Of a stretch of 64,000 bases of DNA, positions 1 to 15,900 are shown in pieces. Numbering within the stretch: the stretch's first letter is position 1; each line of letters begins with the position of its first letter. Position numbers and translations under genes: made by a program. The notes under the pieces are model-generated. The model made no database searches, was not told the origin of the DNA, and saw only the letters and a program-made list of their open reading frames with translations. The stretch covers positions 52,018,001 to 52,082,000 of the forward strand of contig OZ024746.1 of the NCBI GenBank assembly GCA_964016885.1, in the 5' to 3' direction. Source of the stretch: Eledone cirrhosa. Lineage: Eukaryota.

Positions 1-3000
1 AGTGTATGGTATAGAATGGTGTATGTAGGTGTGTGTTGTAGGGTATGGAATTCTATCTATTGTTATGTTATACTGAGTATGGAGTAGTGTATGGTATAGA
101 ATGGTGTATATAGGTGTGTGTTGTATGGTATGGAATTCTATGTATTGGGTATATTTTACTTAGTATGGAGTAGTGTATGGCATAGAATGGTGTATATAGG
201 TGTGTGTTGTATGGTATGGAATTCTTGTATTGGGTATATTATACTTTGTATGGAGTAGTGTACGGTATAGAATGGTGTATATAGGTGTGTGTTGTATGGT
301 ATGGAATTCTATGTATTGGGTATATTTTACTGAGTATGGAGTAGTGTATGGTATAGAATGGTGTATATAGGTGTGTGTTGTATGGTATGGAATTCTAAGT
401 ATTGAGTATGTTATATGTGTATGGAGTAGTGTATGGTATAGAATGGTGTATATAGATGTGTGTTGCATGGTATCGAATTCTATGTATTGGGTATGTTATA
501 CTTTGTATGGAGTAGTGTATGGTATAGAATGGTGTATATTGGTGTGCTTGTATGGTTAAGAATTCTATGTATTGGGTATGTTATACTTTGAATAGAGTAG
601 TGTATGGTATAGAATGGTGTATATAGATGTGTGTTGTATGTTATGGAATTTTATGTATTGGGTATGTTATACTTAATATGGAGTAGTGTATGGTATAGAA
701 TGCTCTATATATGTGTGTGTTGCATGGTATGGAATTATATGTATTGGGTATGTTATATTAGTACGGAGTAGTGTATGGTATAGAATGGTGTATATAGCTG
801 TGTGTTGTATGGTATGGAATTCTATGTATTGGGTATGTTATACTGAGTATGGAGTAGTGTATGGTATAGAATGGTGTATATAGGTGTGTGTTGTATGGTA
901 TGGAATTCTATGTATTGTTATGTTATACTGAGTATGGAGTAGTGTAAGGTATAGAATGGTGTATATAGGTGTGTGTTGTATGGTATGGAATTCTATGTAT
1001 TGGGTATGTTTTACTTAATATGGAGTAGTGTATGGCATAGAATGGTGTATATAGGTGTGTGTTGTATGGTATGGAATTCTATATATTGGGTATATTATAC
1101 TTTGTATGGAGTAGTGTATGGTATAGAATGGTGTATATAGGTGTGTGTTGTATGGTATGGAATTCTATGTATTAGGTATGTTATACTGAGTATGGAGTAG
1201 TGTATGGTATAGAATGGTGTATATAGGTGTGTGTTGTATGGTATGAAATTCTATGTATTAGGTATGTTATACTGAGTATGGAGTAGTGTATGGTATAGAA
1301 TGGTGTATATAGGTGTGTGTTGTATGGTATGGAATTCTATGTATAGGGTATGTTATACTTTGTATGGAGTAGTGTATGGTATAGAATGGTGTATATAGGT
1401 GTGTGTCGTATGGTATAGAATTCTATGTATTGGGTATGTTATACTTAGTATGGAGTAGTGTATGGCATAGACTGGTGTATATAGGTGTGTGTTGTATGGT
1501 ATGGTATTCTATGTATTGGGTATGTTATACTGTGTATGGAATAGTGTATGGTATAGAATGGTGTATATAGGTGTGTGTTGCATGGTATCGAATTCTATGT
1601 ATTGGGTATGTTATACTTTGTATGGGGTAGTGTATGGTATAGAATGGTGTATATAGGTGTGTGTTGTATGGTATGGAATTCTATGTATTGGTTATGTTAT
1701 ACTTAGTATGGAGTAGTGTATGGCATAGAATGGTGTATATAGGTGTGTGTTGTATGGTATGGAATTCTATGTATTGGGTATGTTATACTGTGTATGGAGT
1801 AGTGTATGGTATAGAATGGTGTATATAGCTGTGTCTTGTATGGTAAGGAATTCTATGTATTGGGTATAAGATACTTTGAATAGAGTAGTGTATGGTATAG
1901 AATGGTGTATATAGATGTGTTTTGTATGGTATGGAATTTTATGTATTGGGTATGTTATACTTAATATGGAGTAGTGTATGGTATAGAATGCTCTATATAT
2001 GTTTGTGTTGTATGGTATGGAATTATATGTATTGGGTATGTTATACTTAGTATGGAGTAGTGTATGGTATAGTATGGTGTATATAGGTGTGTGTTGTATG
2101 GTATGGAATTCTATGTATTGGGTATGTTATACTGAGTATGGAGTAGTGAATGGTATAGAATGGTGTATATAGGTGTGTGTTGTATGGTATGGAAATCTAT
2201 GTATTGGGTATGTTATATTTTGTATGGTGTAGTGTATGGTATAGAATGGTGTATATAGGTGTGTGTTCTATGGTATGGAATTCTATGTATTGTTATGTTA
2301 TACTGAGTATGGAGTAGTGTATGGTATAGAATGGTGTATATAGGTGTGTGTTGTATGGTATGGCATTCTATGTATTGGGTATGTTTTACTTAGTAAGGAG
2401 TAGTGTATGGCATAGAATGGTGTATATAGGTGTGTGTTGTATGGTATGGAATTCTATGTATTGGGTATATTATACTTTGTATGGAGTAGTGTATGGTATA
2501 GAATGGTGTATATAGGTGTGTGTTGTATGGTATGGAATTCTATGTATTAGGTATGTTATACTGAGTAAGGAGTAGTGTATGGTATAGAATGGTGTATATA
2601 GGTGTGTGTTGTATGGTATGGAATTCTATGTATTGGGTATGTTATACTGAGTATGGAGTAGTGAATGGTATAGAATGGTGTATATAGGTGTGTGTTGTAT
2701 GGTATGGAAATCTATGTATTGGGTATGTTATATTTTGTATGGTGTAGTGTATGGTATAGAATGGTGTATATAGGTATGTGTTGTACGGTATGGAATTCTA
2801 TGTATTGGGTATGTTATAGTTAGTATGGAGTAGTGTATGGCATAGAATGGTGTATATAGGTGTCTGTTGTATGGTATGGAATTCTATGTATTAGTATGTT
2901 ATACTGAGTATGGAGTAGTGTATGGTATAGAATGGTGTATATAGGTGTGTGTTGCATGGTATGGAATTCTATGTATTGGGTATGTTATACTGAGTATGGA

Positions 3001-6000
3001 GTAGTGTATAGTATAGAATGGTGTATATAGGTGTGTGTTGTATGGTATGGAATTCTAAGTATTGGGTATGTTATACTGTGTATGGAGTAGTGTATGGTAT
3101 AGAATGGTGTATATAGATGTGTGTTGCATGGTATCGAATTCTATGTATTGGGTATGTTATACTTTGTATGGAGTAGTGTAAGGTATAGAATGGTGTATAT
3201 AGGTGTGTCTTGTATGGTTAAGAATTCTATGTATTGGATATGTTATACTTTGAATAGAGTAGTGTATGCTATTGAATGGTGTATATAGATGTGTGTTGTA
3301 TGTTATGGAATTTTATGTATTGGGAATGTTATACTTAATATGGAGTAGTGTATGGTATAGAATGCTCTATATATGTGTGTGTTGTATGGTATGGAATTAT
3401 ATGTATTGGGTATGTTATACTTAGTACGGAGTAGTGTATGGTATAGAATGGTGTATATAGCTGTGTGTTGTATGGTATGGAATTCTATGTATTGGGTATG
3501 TTATACTGAGTATGGAGTAGTGTATGGTATAGAATGGTGTGTATAGGTGTGTGTTGTATGGTATGGAATTCTATGTATTGTTATGTTATACTGAGTATGG
3601 AGTAGTGTATGGTATAGAATGGTGTATATAGGTGTGTGTTGTATGGTATGGAATTCTATGTATTAGGTATGTTATACTGAGTATTGAGTAGTGTATGGTA
3701 TAGAATGGTGTATATAGGTGTGTGTTGTATGGTATGGAATTCTATGTATTAGGTATGTTATACTGAGTATGGAGTAGTGTATGGTATAGAATGGTGTATA
3801 TAGGTGTGTGTTGTATGGTATGGAATTCTATGTATAGGGTATGTTATACTTTGTATGGAGTAGTGTATGGTATAGAATGGTGTATATAGGTGTGTGTTGT
3901 ATGGTATATAATTCTATGTATTGGGTATGTTATACTTAGTATGGAGTAGTGTATGGCATAGACTGGTGTATATAGGTGTGTGTTGTATGGTATGGTATTC
4001 TATGTATTGGGTATGTTATACTGTGTATGGAGTAGTGTATGGTATAGAATGGTGTATATTGGTGTGTGTTGCATGGTATCGAATTCTATGTATTGGGTAT
4101 GTTATACTTTGTATGGAATAGTGTATGGTATAGAATGGTGTATATAGGTGTGTGTTGTATGGTATGGAATTCTATGTATTGGGTATGTTATACTGTGTAT
4201 GGAGTAGTGTATGGTATAGAATGGTGTATATAGGTGTGTCTTGTATGGTAAGGAATTCTATGTATTGTGTATAAGATACTTTGAATAGAGTAGTGTATGG
4301 TATAGAATGGTGTATATAGGTGTGTGTTGTATGGTATGGAATTCTATGTATTGGGTATGTTATACTGAGTATGGAGTAGTGTATGGTATAGAATGGTGTA
4401 TATATGTGTGTGTTGTATGGTATGGAATTCTATGTATTGGGTATGTTATATTTTGTATGGTGTACTGTATGGTATAGAATGGTGTATATAGGTGTGTGTT
4501 GTATGGTATGGAATTCTATGTATTGGGTATGTTATACTGAGTATGGAGTAGTGAATGGTATAGAATGGTGTATATAGGTGTGTGTTGTATGGTATGGAAA
4601 TCTATGTATTGGGTATGTTATATTTTGTATGGTGTAGTGTATGGTATAGAATGGTGTATATAGGTGTGTGTTGTATGGTATGGAATTCTATGTATTGTTA
4701 TGTTATACTGAGTATCGAGTAGTGTATGGTATAGAATAGTGTATATAGGTGTGTGTTGTATGGTATGGAATTCTATGTATTGGGTATGTTTTACTTAGTA
4801 TGGAGTAGTGTATGGCATATAATGGTGTATATAGGTGTGTGTTGTATGGTATGGAATTCTATGTATTGGGTATGTTATACTGAGTATGGAGTAGTGTATA
4901 GTATAGAATAGTGTATATAGGTGTGTGTTGTATGTTATGGAATTCTAAGTATTGGGTATGTTATACTGTGTATAGAGTAGTGTATGGTATAGAATGGTGT
5001 ATATAGATGTGTGTTGCATGGTATCGAATTCTATGTATTGGGTATGTTATACTTTTTATGGAGTAGAGTATGGTTTAGAATGGTGTATATAGGTGTGTCT
5101 TGTATGGTAAGGAATTCTATGTATTGGGTATGTTATACTTTGAATAGAGTAGTGTATGGTATAGAATGGTGTATATAGATGTGTGTTGTATGGTATGGAA
5201 TTTTATGTATTGTGTATGTTATACTTAATATGGAGTAGTGTATGGTATAGCATGCTGTATATATGTGTGTGTTGTATGGTATGGAATTCTATGTATTGGG
5301 TATGTTATACTTAGTATGGAGTAGTGTGTGGTATAGAATGGTGTATATAGGTGTGTGTTTTATGGTATGGAATTCTATGTATTGGGTATGTTATACTGAG
5401 TATGGAGTAGTGTATGGTATAGTATGGTGTATATAGGTGTGTGTTGTATGGTATGGAATTCTATGTATTGGTATGTTATATTTTGCATGGTGTAGTGTAT
5501 GGTATAGAATGGTGTATATAGGTATGTGTTGTATGGTATGGAATTCTATGTATTGTTATGTTATACTGAGTATGGAGTAGTGTATGGTATAGAATGGTGT
5601 ATATAGGTGTGTGTTGTATGGTATGGAATTCTATGTATTAGGTATGTTATACTGAGTATGGAGTAGTGTATGGTATAGAATGGTGTATATAGGTGTGTGT
5701 TGTATGGTATGGAATTCTATGAATTGGGTATGTTATATTTAGTATGGAGTAGTGTATGGTATAGAATGGTGTATATAGGTGTGTGTTGTATGTTATGGAA
5801 TTCTATGTATTAGTATGTTATAATGAGTATGGAGTAGTGTATGGTATAGAATGGTGTATATAGGTGTGTGTTGTATGGTATGGAATTCTATGAATTGGGT
5901 ATGTTATATTTAGTATAGAGTAGTGTATGGTATAGACTGGTGTATATAGGTGTGTGTTGTATGGTATGGAATTCTATGTATTGGTTATGTTATATTTAGT

Positions 6001-9000
6001 ATGGAGTAGTGTATGGCATAGAATGGTGTATATAGGTGTGTGTTGTATGGTATGGAATGCTATGTATTGGGTATGTTATACTTTGTATTGAGTAGTGTAT
6101 GGTATAGAATGGTGTATATAGGTGTGTGTTGTATGGTATGGAATTCTATGTATTGGATATGTTTTACTTAGTATGGAGTAGTGTATGGCATATAATGGTG
6201 TATATAGGTGTGTGTTGTACGGTATGGAATTCTATGTATTGGGTATGTTATACTTAGTATGGAGTAGTGTATGGCATAGAATGGTGTATATAGGTGTGTG
6301 TTGTATGGTATGGAATTCTATGTATTGGGTATGTTATACTTTGTATGGAGTAGTGTATGGTATAGAATGGTGTATATGGGTGTGTGTTGTATGGTATGGA
6401 ATTCTATGTATTAGGTATGTTATACTGAATATGGAGTAGTGTATGGTATAGAATGGTGTATATAGGCGTGTGTTGTATGGTATGGAATTCTATGAATTGG
6501 GTATGTTATATTTAGTATGGAGTAGTGTATGGTATAGAATGGTGTATATAGGTGTGTGTTGTATGTTATGGAATTCTATGTATTAGTATGTTATACTGAG
6601 TATGGAGTAGTGTATGGTATAGAATGGTGTATATAGGTGTGTGTTGTATGGTATGGAATTCTAAGTATTGGGTATGTTATACTGTGTATGGAGTAGTGTA
6701 TGGTATAGAATGGTGTATATAGATGTGTGTTGCATGGTATCGAATTCTATATATTGGTTATGTTATACTTTGTATGGAGTAGTGTATGGTATAGAATGGT
6801 GTATATAGGTGTGTCTTGTAGGGTTAAGAATTCTATGTATTGGGTATGTTATACTTTGAATAGAGTAGTGTATGGTATAGAATGGTGTATATAGATGTGT
6901 GTTGTATGTTATGGAATTTTATGTATTGGGTATGTTATACTTAATATGGAGTAGTGTATGGTATAGAATGCTCTATATATGTGTGTGTTGTATGGTATGG
7001 AATTATATGTATTGTTATGTTATACTGAGTATGGAGTAGTGTGTGGTATAGAATGGTGTGTATAGGTGTGTGTTGTATGGTATGGAATTCTATGTATTGG
7101 GTATGTTATACTGAGTATGGAGTAGTGTATGGTATAGAATGGTGTATATAGGTGTGTGTTGTATGGTATGGAATTCTATGTATTAGGTATGTTATACTGA
7201 GTATGGAGTAGTGTATGGTATAGAATGGTGTATATAGGTGTGTGTTGTATGGTATGGAATTCTATGTATAGGGTATGTTATACTTTGTATGGAGTATTGT
7301 ATGGTATAGAATGGTGTATATAGGTGTGTCTTGTATGGTTAAGAATTGTATGTATTGGGTATGTTATACTTAGTATGGTGTAGTGTATGGCATAGAATGG
7401 TGTATATAGGTGTGTGTTGTATGGTATGGTATTCTATGTATTGGGTATGTTATACTGTGTATGGAGTAGTGTATGGTATAGAATGGTGTACATAGGTGTG
7501 TGTTGCATGGTATCGAATTCTATGTATTGGGTATGTTATACTTAGCATGGAGTAGTGTAGGGCATAGAATGGTGTATATAGGTGTGTGTTTTATGGTATG
7601 GAATTCTATGTATTGGGTATGTTATACTGTGTATGGAGTAGTGTATGGTATAGAATGGTGTATATAGGTGTGTCTTGTATGGTAAGGAATTCTATGTATT
7701 GGGTATAAGATACTTTGAATAGAGTAGTGTATGGTATAGAATGGTGTATATAGATGTGTGTTGTATGGTATGGAATTTTATGTATTGGGTATGTTATACT
7801 TAATATGGAGTAGTGTATGGTATAGAATGCTCTATATATGTTTGTGTTGTATGGTATGGAATTATATGTATTGGGTATGTTATACTTAGTATGGAGTAGT
7901 GTATGGTATAGAATGGTGTATATAGGTGTGTGTTGTATGGTATGGAATTCTATGTATTGGGTATGTTATACTGAGTATGGAGTAGTGAATGGTATAGTAT
8001 GGTGTATATAGGTGTGTGTTGTATGGTATGGAATTCTATGTATTGGGTATGTTATATTTTGTATGGTGTAGTGTATGGTATAGAATGGTGTATATAGGTG
8101 TGTGTTGTATGGTATGGAATTCAATGTATTGTTATGTTATACTGAGTATGGAGTAGTGTATGGTATAGAATGGTGTATATAGGTGTGTGTTGTATGGTAT
8201 GGAATTCTATGTATTGGGTATGTTTTACTTAGTATGGAGTAGTGTATGGCATAGAATGGTGTATATAGGTGTGTGTTGTATGGTATGGAATTCTATGTAT
8301 TGGGTATATTATACTTTGTATGGAGTAGTGTATGGTATAGAATGGTGTATATAGGTGTGTGTTGTATGGTATGGAATTCTATGTATTAGGTATGTTATAC
8401 TGAGTATGGAGTAGTGTATGGTATAGAATGGTGTATATAGGTGTGTGTTGTATGGTATGGAATTCTATGTATTGGTTATGTTATACTGAGTATGGAGTAG
8501 TGTATGGTATAGAATGGTGTATATAGGTGTGTGTTGTATGGTATGGAATTCTAAGTATTGGGTATGTTATACTGTGTATGGAGTAGTGTATGGTATAGAA
8601 TGGTGTATATAGATGTGTGTTGCATGGTATCGAATTCTATGTATTGGGTTTGTTATACTTTTTATGGAGTAGTGTATCGTATAGAATGGTGTACATAGGT
8701 GTGTCTTGTATGGTAAGGAATTCTATGTATTGGGTATGTTATACTTTGAATAGAGTAGTGTATGGTATAGAATGGTGTATATAGATGTGTGTTGTATGGT
8801 ATGGAATTTTATGTATTGGGTATGTTATACTTAATATGGAGTAGTGTATGGTATAGAATGCTGTATATATGTGTGTGTTGTATGGTATGGAATTCTATGT
8901 ATTGGGTATGTTATACTTAGTATGGAGTAGTGTATGGTATAGAATGGTGTATATAGGTGTGTGTTGTATGGTATGGAATTCTATGTATTGGGTATGTTAT

Positions 9001-12000
9001 ACTGAGTATGGAGTAGTGTATGGTATAGAATGGTGTATATAGGTGTGTATTGTATGGTATGGAATTCTATGTATTGGGTATGTTATATTTTGTATGGTGT
9101 AGTGGATGGTATAGAATGGTGTATATAGGTATGTGTTGTATGGTATGGAATTCTATGTATTGTTATGTTATACTGAGTATGGAGTAGTGTATGGTATAGA
9201 ATGGTGTATATAGGTGTGTGTTGTATGGTATGGAATTCTATGTATTGGGTATGTTTTACTTAGTATGGAGTAGTGTATGGCGTAGAATGGTGTATATAGG
9301 TGTGTGTTGTACGGTATGGAATTCTATGTATTGGGTATGTTATAGTTAGTATGGAGTAGTGTATGGCATAGAATGGTGTATATAGGTGTGTGTTGTATGG
9401 TATGGAATTCTATGTATTGGGTATGTTATATTTAGTATGGAGTAGTGTATGGTATAGAATGGTGTATATAGTTGTGTGTTGTATGTTATGGAATTCTATG
9501 TATTAGTATGTTATACTGAGTATGGAGTAGTGTATGGTATAGAATGGTGTATATAGGTGTGTGTTGTATGGTATGGAATTCTATGAATTGGGTATGTTAT
9601 ATTTAGTATAGAGTAGTGTATGGTATAGACTGGTGTATATAGGTGTGTGTTGTATGGTATGGAATTATATGTATTGGTTATGTTATATTTAGTATAGAGT
9701 AGTGTATGGCATAGAATGGTGTATATAGGTGTGTGTTGTATGGCATGGAATGCTATGTATTGGGTATGTTATAATTTGTATGGAGTAGTGTATTGTATAG
9801 AATGGTGTATATAGGTGTGTGTTGTATGGTATGGAATTCTATGAATTGGGTATGTTATATTTAGTATGGAGTAGTGTATGGTATAGAATGGTGTATATAG
9901 ATGTGTGTTGTATGGTATGGAATTCTATGTATTGGGTATGTTATACTTAGTATGGAGTAGTGTATGGTATAGAATGGCGTATATAGGTGTGTGTAGTATG
10001 GTATGGAATTCTATGTATTAGGTATGTTATACTGAGTATGGAGTAGTGTATGGTATAGTATGGTGTATATAGGTGTGTGTTGTATGGTATAGAATTCTAT
10101 GAATTGGGTATGTTATATTTAGTATGGAGTAGTGTATGGCATAGAATGGTGTATATAGGTGTGTCTTGTATGGTATGGAATTCTATGTATTGGGTATGTT
10201 ATACTTTGAATAGAGTAGTGTATGGTATATAATAGTATATATAGGTGTGTGTTGTATGGTATGGAATGCTATGTATTGGGTATGTTATACTTTGTATGGA
10301 GGAGTGTATGGTATAGAATGGTGTATATAGGTGTGTGTTGTATGGTATGGAATTATATGTATTGGGTATGTTATACTTAGTATGGTGTAGTGTATGGTAT
10401 AGAATGGTGTATACAGGTGTGTGTTGTATGGTATGGAGTTTGTTGTATTGGTTATGTTATACTTAGTATGGAGTAGTGTATGGTATAGCCTGGTGTATAT
10501 AGGTGTATGTTGTATGGTATGGAATGCTATGTATTGGGTATGTTATATTAGTATGGAGTAGTGTATGGTATAGTATGGTGTATATAGTTGTGTGTCTTGT
10601 ATGGTAAGGAATTCTATGTATTGGGTATGTTATACTTTGAATAGAGTAGTGTATGGTATAGAATGGTGTATATAGGTGTGTGTTGTATGGTATGGAATTC
10701 TATGTATTGGGTATGTTATACTTAGTATGGAGTAGTGTATGGCATAGACTGGTGTATATAGGTGTGTGTTGTAGGGTATGGAATGCTATGTACTGGGTAT
10801 GTTATACTTTGTATGGAGTAGTGTATGGCATAGATTGGTGTATATAGGTGTGTGTTGTATGGTATGGAATTCTATGAGTTGGGTATGTTAAATTTAGTAT
10901 GGATTAGTGTATGGTATAGAATGGTGTATATAGGTTTGTGTTGTATGGTATGGAATTCTATGTATTACGTATGTTATACTGAGTATGGAGTAGTGTATGG
11001 TATAGAATGGTGTATATAGGTGTGTGTTGTATGGTATGGAATTCTATGAATTGGGTATGTTATATTTAGTATGGAGTAGTGTATGGTATAGAATGGTGTA
11101 TATAGGTTTGTCATGTATGGTATGGAATTCTATGTATTGGGTTTGTTATACTTTGTATGGAGTAGTGTATGGTATATAATGGTGTATATAGGTGTGTGTT
11201 GTATGGTATCGAATTCTATGTATTGGTTATGTTATACTATGTATGGAGTAGTGTATGGTATAGAATGGTGTATATAGGTGTGTGTTGTATGGTATGGAAT
11301 TCTATGTATTGGGTATGTTATACTTAGTATGGAGTAGTGTATGGTATAGAATGGTGTATATAGGTGTGTGTTGTATGGTATGGAATTCTATGTATTGGGT
11401 ATGTTATACTGAGTATGGAGTAGTGTATGGTATAGAATGGTGTATATAGGTGTGTGTTGTATGGTATGGAATTCTATGTATTGGGTATGTTATATTTTGT
11501 ATGGTGTAGTGTATGGTATAGAATGGTGTATATAGGTGTGTGTTGTATGGTATGGAATTCTATGTATCGTTATGTTATACTTAGAATGGAGGAGTGTATG
11601 GTATAGAATGGTGTATATAGGTGTGTGTTGTACGGTATGGAATTCTATGTATTGGGTATGTTATACTTAGTATGGAGTAGTGTATGGCATAGAATGGTGT
11701 ATATAGGTGTGTGTTGTATGGTATGGAATTATATGTATTGTGTATGTTATACTTTGTATGGAGTAGTGTATGGTATAGAATGGTGTATATGGGTGTGTGT
11801 TGTATGGTATGGAATTCTATGTATTGGGTATGTTATACTTTGTATGGAATAGTGTATGGTATAGAATGGTGTATATAGATGTGTGTTGTATGGTATGGAA
11901 TTCTATGTATTAGGTATGTTATACTGAGTATGGAGTAGTGTATGGTATAGAATGGTGTATATAGGTGTGTGTTGTATGGTATGGAATTCTATGTATTAGT

Positions 12001-12929
12001 ATGTTATACTGAATATGCAGTAGTGTATGGTATAGAATGGTGTATATAGGTGTGTGTTGTATGGTATGGAATTCTATGAATTGGGTATGTTATATTTAGT
12101 ATAGAGTAGTGTATGGTATCGACTGGTGTATATAGGTGTGTGTTGTATGGTATGGAATTCTATGTATTGGTTATGTTATATTTAGTAAGGAGTAGTCTAT
12201 GGCATAGAATGGTGTATATAGGTGTCTGTTGTATGGTATGGAATCCTATGTATTGGGTATGTTATACTTTGTATGGAGTAGTGTATGGTAATAGAATGGT
12301 GTATATAGGTGTGTGTTGTATGGTATGGAATGCTATGTATAGGGTATGTTATATTTAGTATGGAGTAGAGTATGGTATAGAATGGTGTATATAGGTGTGT
12401 GTAGTATGGTATGGAATTCTATGTATTGGTTATGTTATATTTAGTATGGAGTAGTGTATGGCATAGAATGGTGTATATAGGTGTGTGTTGTATGGTATGG
12501 AATTCTATGTATTGGGTATGTTATACTTAGTATGGAGTAGTGTATGGTATAGTATGGTGTATATAGGTGTGTCTTGTATGGTAAGGAATTCTATGTATTG
12601 GGTATGTTATACTTTGAATAGAGTAGTGTATGGTATAGATTGGTGTATATAGGTGTGTGTTGTATGGTATGGAATTCTATGTATTGGGTATGTTATACTT
12701 AGTATGGAGTAGTGTATGGCATAGACTGGTGTATATAGGTGTGTGTTGTAGGGTATGGAATACTATGTACTGGTTATGTTATACTTTGTATGGAGTAGTG
12801 TATGGCATAGATTGGTGTATATAGGTGTGTGTTGTATGGTATGGAATTCTATGAGTTGGGTATGTTAAATTTAGTATGGAATAGTGTATGACATAGACTG
12901 GTGTATATAGGTGTGTGTTGCATGGTATC

Positions 12930-15900
12930 GAATTCTATGTATTGGTTATGTTATACTTTGTATGGAGTAGTGTATGGTATAGAATGTTGTATATAGGTGT
13001 GTGTTGTATGGTATGGAATTCTATGTATTGGTTATGTTATACTTAGTATGGAGTAGTGTATGGTATAGAATGGTGTATATAGGTGTGTCTTGTATGGTAA
13101 GGAATTCTATGTATTGGGTATGTTATACTTTGAATAGAGTAGTGTATGGTATAGAATGGTGTATATAGGTGTGTGTTGTATGGTATGGAATTCTATGTAT
13201 TGTTATGTTATACTGAGTATGGAGTAGTGTATGGTATAGAATGGTGTATATAGGTGTGTGTTGTATGGTATGGAATTCTATGTATTTGTATGTTTTACTT
13301 AGTATGGAGTAGTGTATGGCATAGAATGGTGTATATAGGTGTGTGTTGTACGGTATGGAATTCTATGTATTGGGTATGTTATACTTAGTATGGAGTAGTG
13401 TATGGTATAGAATGGTGTATATAGGTGTGTGTTGTATGGTATGGAATTCTATGTATTAGTTATGTTATACTGAGTATGGAGTAGTGTATGGTATAGAATG
13501 GTGTATATAGGTGTGTGTTGTATGGTATGGAATTCTATGTATTGGGTATGTTATACTGAGTATGGAGTAGTGTATGGTATAGAATGGTGTATATAGGTGT
13601 GTGTTGTATGGTATGGAATTCTAAGTATTGGGTATGTTATACTGTGTATGGAGTAGTGTATGGTATAGAATGGTGTATATAGATGTGTGTTGCATGGTAT
13701 CGAATTCTATGTATTGGGTATGTTATACTTTTTATGGAGTAGTGTATCGTATAGAATGGTGTATATAGGTGTGTCTTGTATGGTAAGGAATTCTATGTAT
13801 TGGGTATGTTATACTTTGAATAGAGTAGTGTATGGTATAGAATGGTGTATATAGATGTGTGTTGTATGGTATGGAATTTTATGTATTGGGTATGTTATAC
13901 TTAATATGGAGTAGTGTATGGTATAGAATGCTGTATATATGTGTGTGTTGTATGATATGGAATTCAATGTATTGGGTATGTTATACTTAGTATGGAGTAG
14001 TGTATGGTATAGAATGGTGTATATAGGTGTGTGTTGTATGGTATGGAATTCTATGTATTGGGTATGTTATACTGAGTATGGAGTAGTGTATGGTATAGAA
14101 TGGTGTATATAGGTGTGTGTTGTATGGTATGGAATTCTATGTATTGGGTATGTTATATTTTGTATGGTGTAGTGGATGGTATAGAATGGTGTATATAGGT
14201 ATGTGTTGTATGGTATGGAATTCTATGTATTGTTATGTTATACTGAGTATGGAGTAGTGTATGGTATAGAATGGTGTATATAGGTGTGTGTTGTATGGTA
14301 TGGAATTCTATGTATTGGGTATGTTTTACTTAGTATGGAGTAGTGTATGGCGTAGAATGGTGTATATAGGTGTGTGTTGTACGGTATGGAATTCTATGTA
14401 TTGGGTATGTTATAGTTAGTATGGAGTAGTGTATGGCATAGAATGGTGTATATAGGTGTGTGTTGTATGGTATGGAATTCTATGTATTGGGTATGTTATA
14501 TTTAGTATGGAGTAATGTATAGAATGGTGTATATAGGTGTGTGTTGTATGTTATGGAATTCTATGTATTAGTATGTTATACTGAGTATGGAGTAGTGTAT
14601 GGTATAGAATGGTGTATATAGGTGTGTGTTGTATGGTATGGAATTCTATGAATTGGGTATGTTATATTTAGTATAGAGTAGTGTATGGTATAGACTGGTG
14701 TATATAGGTGTGTGTGGTATGGTATGGAATTATATGTATTGGTTATGTTATATTTAGTATGGAGTAGTGTATGGCATAGAATGGTGTATATAGGTGTGTG
14801 TTGTATGGTATGGAATTCTATGTATTAGTATGTTATACTTAGTATGGTGTAGTGTATGGTATAGAATGGTGTATACAGGTGTGTGTTGTATGGTATGGAA
14901 TTCTATGTATTGGTTATGTTATACTTAGTATGGAGCAGTGTATGGCATAGAATGGTGTATATAGGTGTGTGTTGTGTGGTATGGAATTCTATGTATTGGG
15001 TATGTTATAATTTATAAGGAGTAGTGTATGGTATAGAATGATGTATATAGGTGTGTGTTGTATGGTATAGAATTCTATGTATTGTGTATGTTATACTTAG
15101 TATGGAGTAGTGTATGGTATCGAATGGTGTATGTAGGTGTGTGTTGTATGGTATGGAATTCTATGAATTGGGTATGTTATATTTAGTATGGAGTAGTGTA
15201 TGGTATAGAATGGCGTATATAGGTGTGTGTTGTATGGTATGGAATTCTATGTATTGGGTATGTTATACTTAGTATGGAGTAGTGTATGGTATAGAATGGT
15301 GTATATAGGTGTGTGTAGTATGGTATGGAATTCTATGTATTAGGTATGTTATACTGAGTATGGGGTAGTGTATGGTATAGAATGGTGTATATAGGTGTGT
15401 GTTGTATGGTATAGAATTCTATGAATTGGGTATGTTATATTTAGTATGGAGTAGTGTATGGCATAGAATGGTGTATATAGGTGTGTCTTGTATGGTATGG
15501 AATTCTATGTATTGGGTATGTTATACTTTGAATAGAGTAGTGTATGGTATATAATAGTATATATAGGTGTGTGTTGTATGGTATGGAATGCTATGTATTG
15601 GGTATGCTATACTTTGTATGGAGGAGTGTATGGTAAGGAATGGTGTATATAGGTGTGTGTTGTATGGTATGGAATTATATGTATTGGGTATGTTATACTT
15701 AGTATGGTGTAGTGTATGGTATAGAATGGTGTATACAGGTGTGTGTTGTATGGTATGGAATTCATTGTATTGGTTATGTTATACTTAGTATGGAGTAGTG
15801 TATGGTATAGACTGTTGTATATAGGTGTGTGTTGTATGGTATGGAATGCTATGTATTGGGTATGTTATACTTAGTATGGAGTAGAGTATGGTATAGAATG

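Noticed and set aside
160-468. Minus-strand 102-aa H/T/Y/I/P-rich ORF (and the similar ORF at 49543-49767)
   Set aside because: The composition is the direct result of the C/A-rich strand of the repeat, and there is no recognisable domain.
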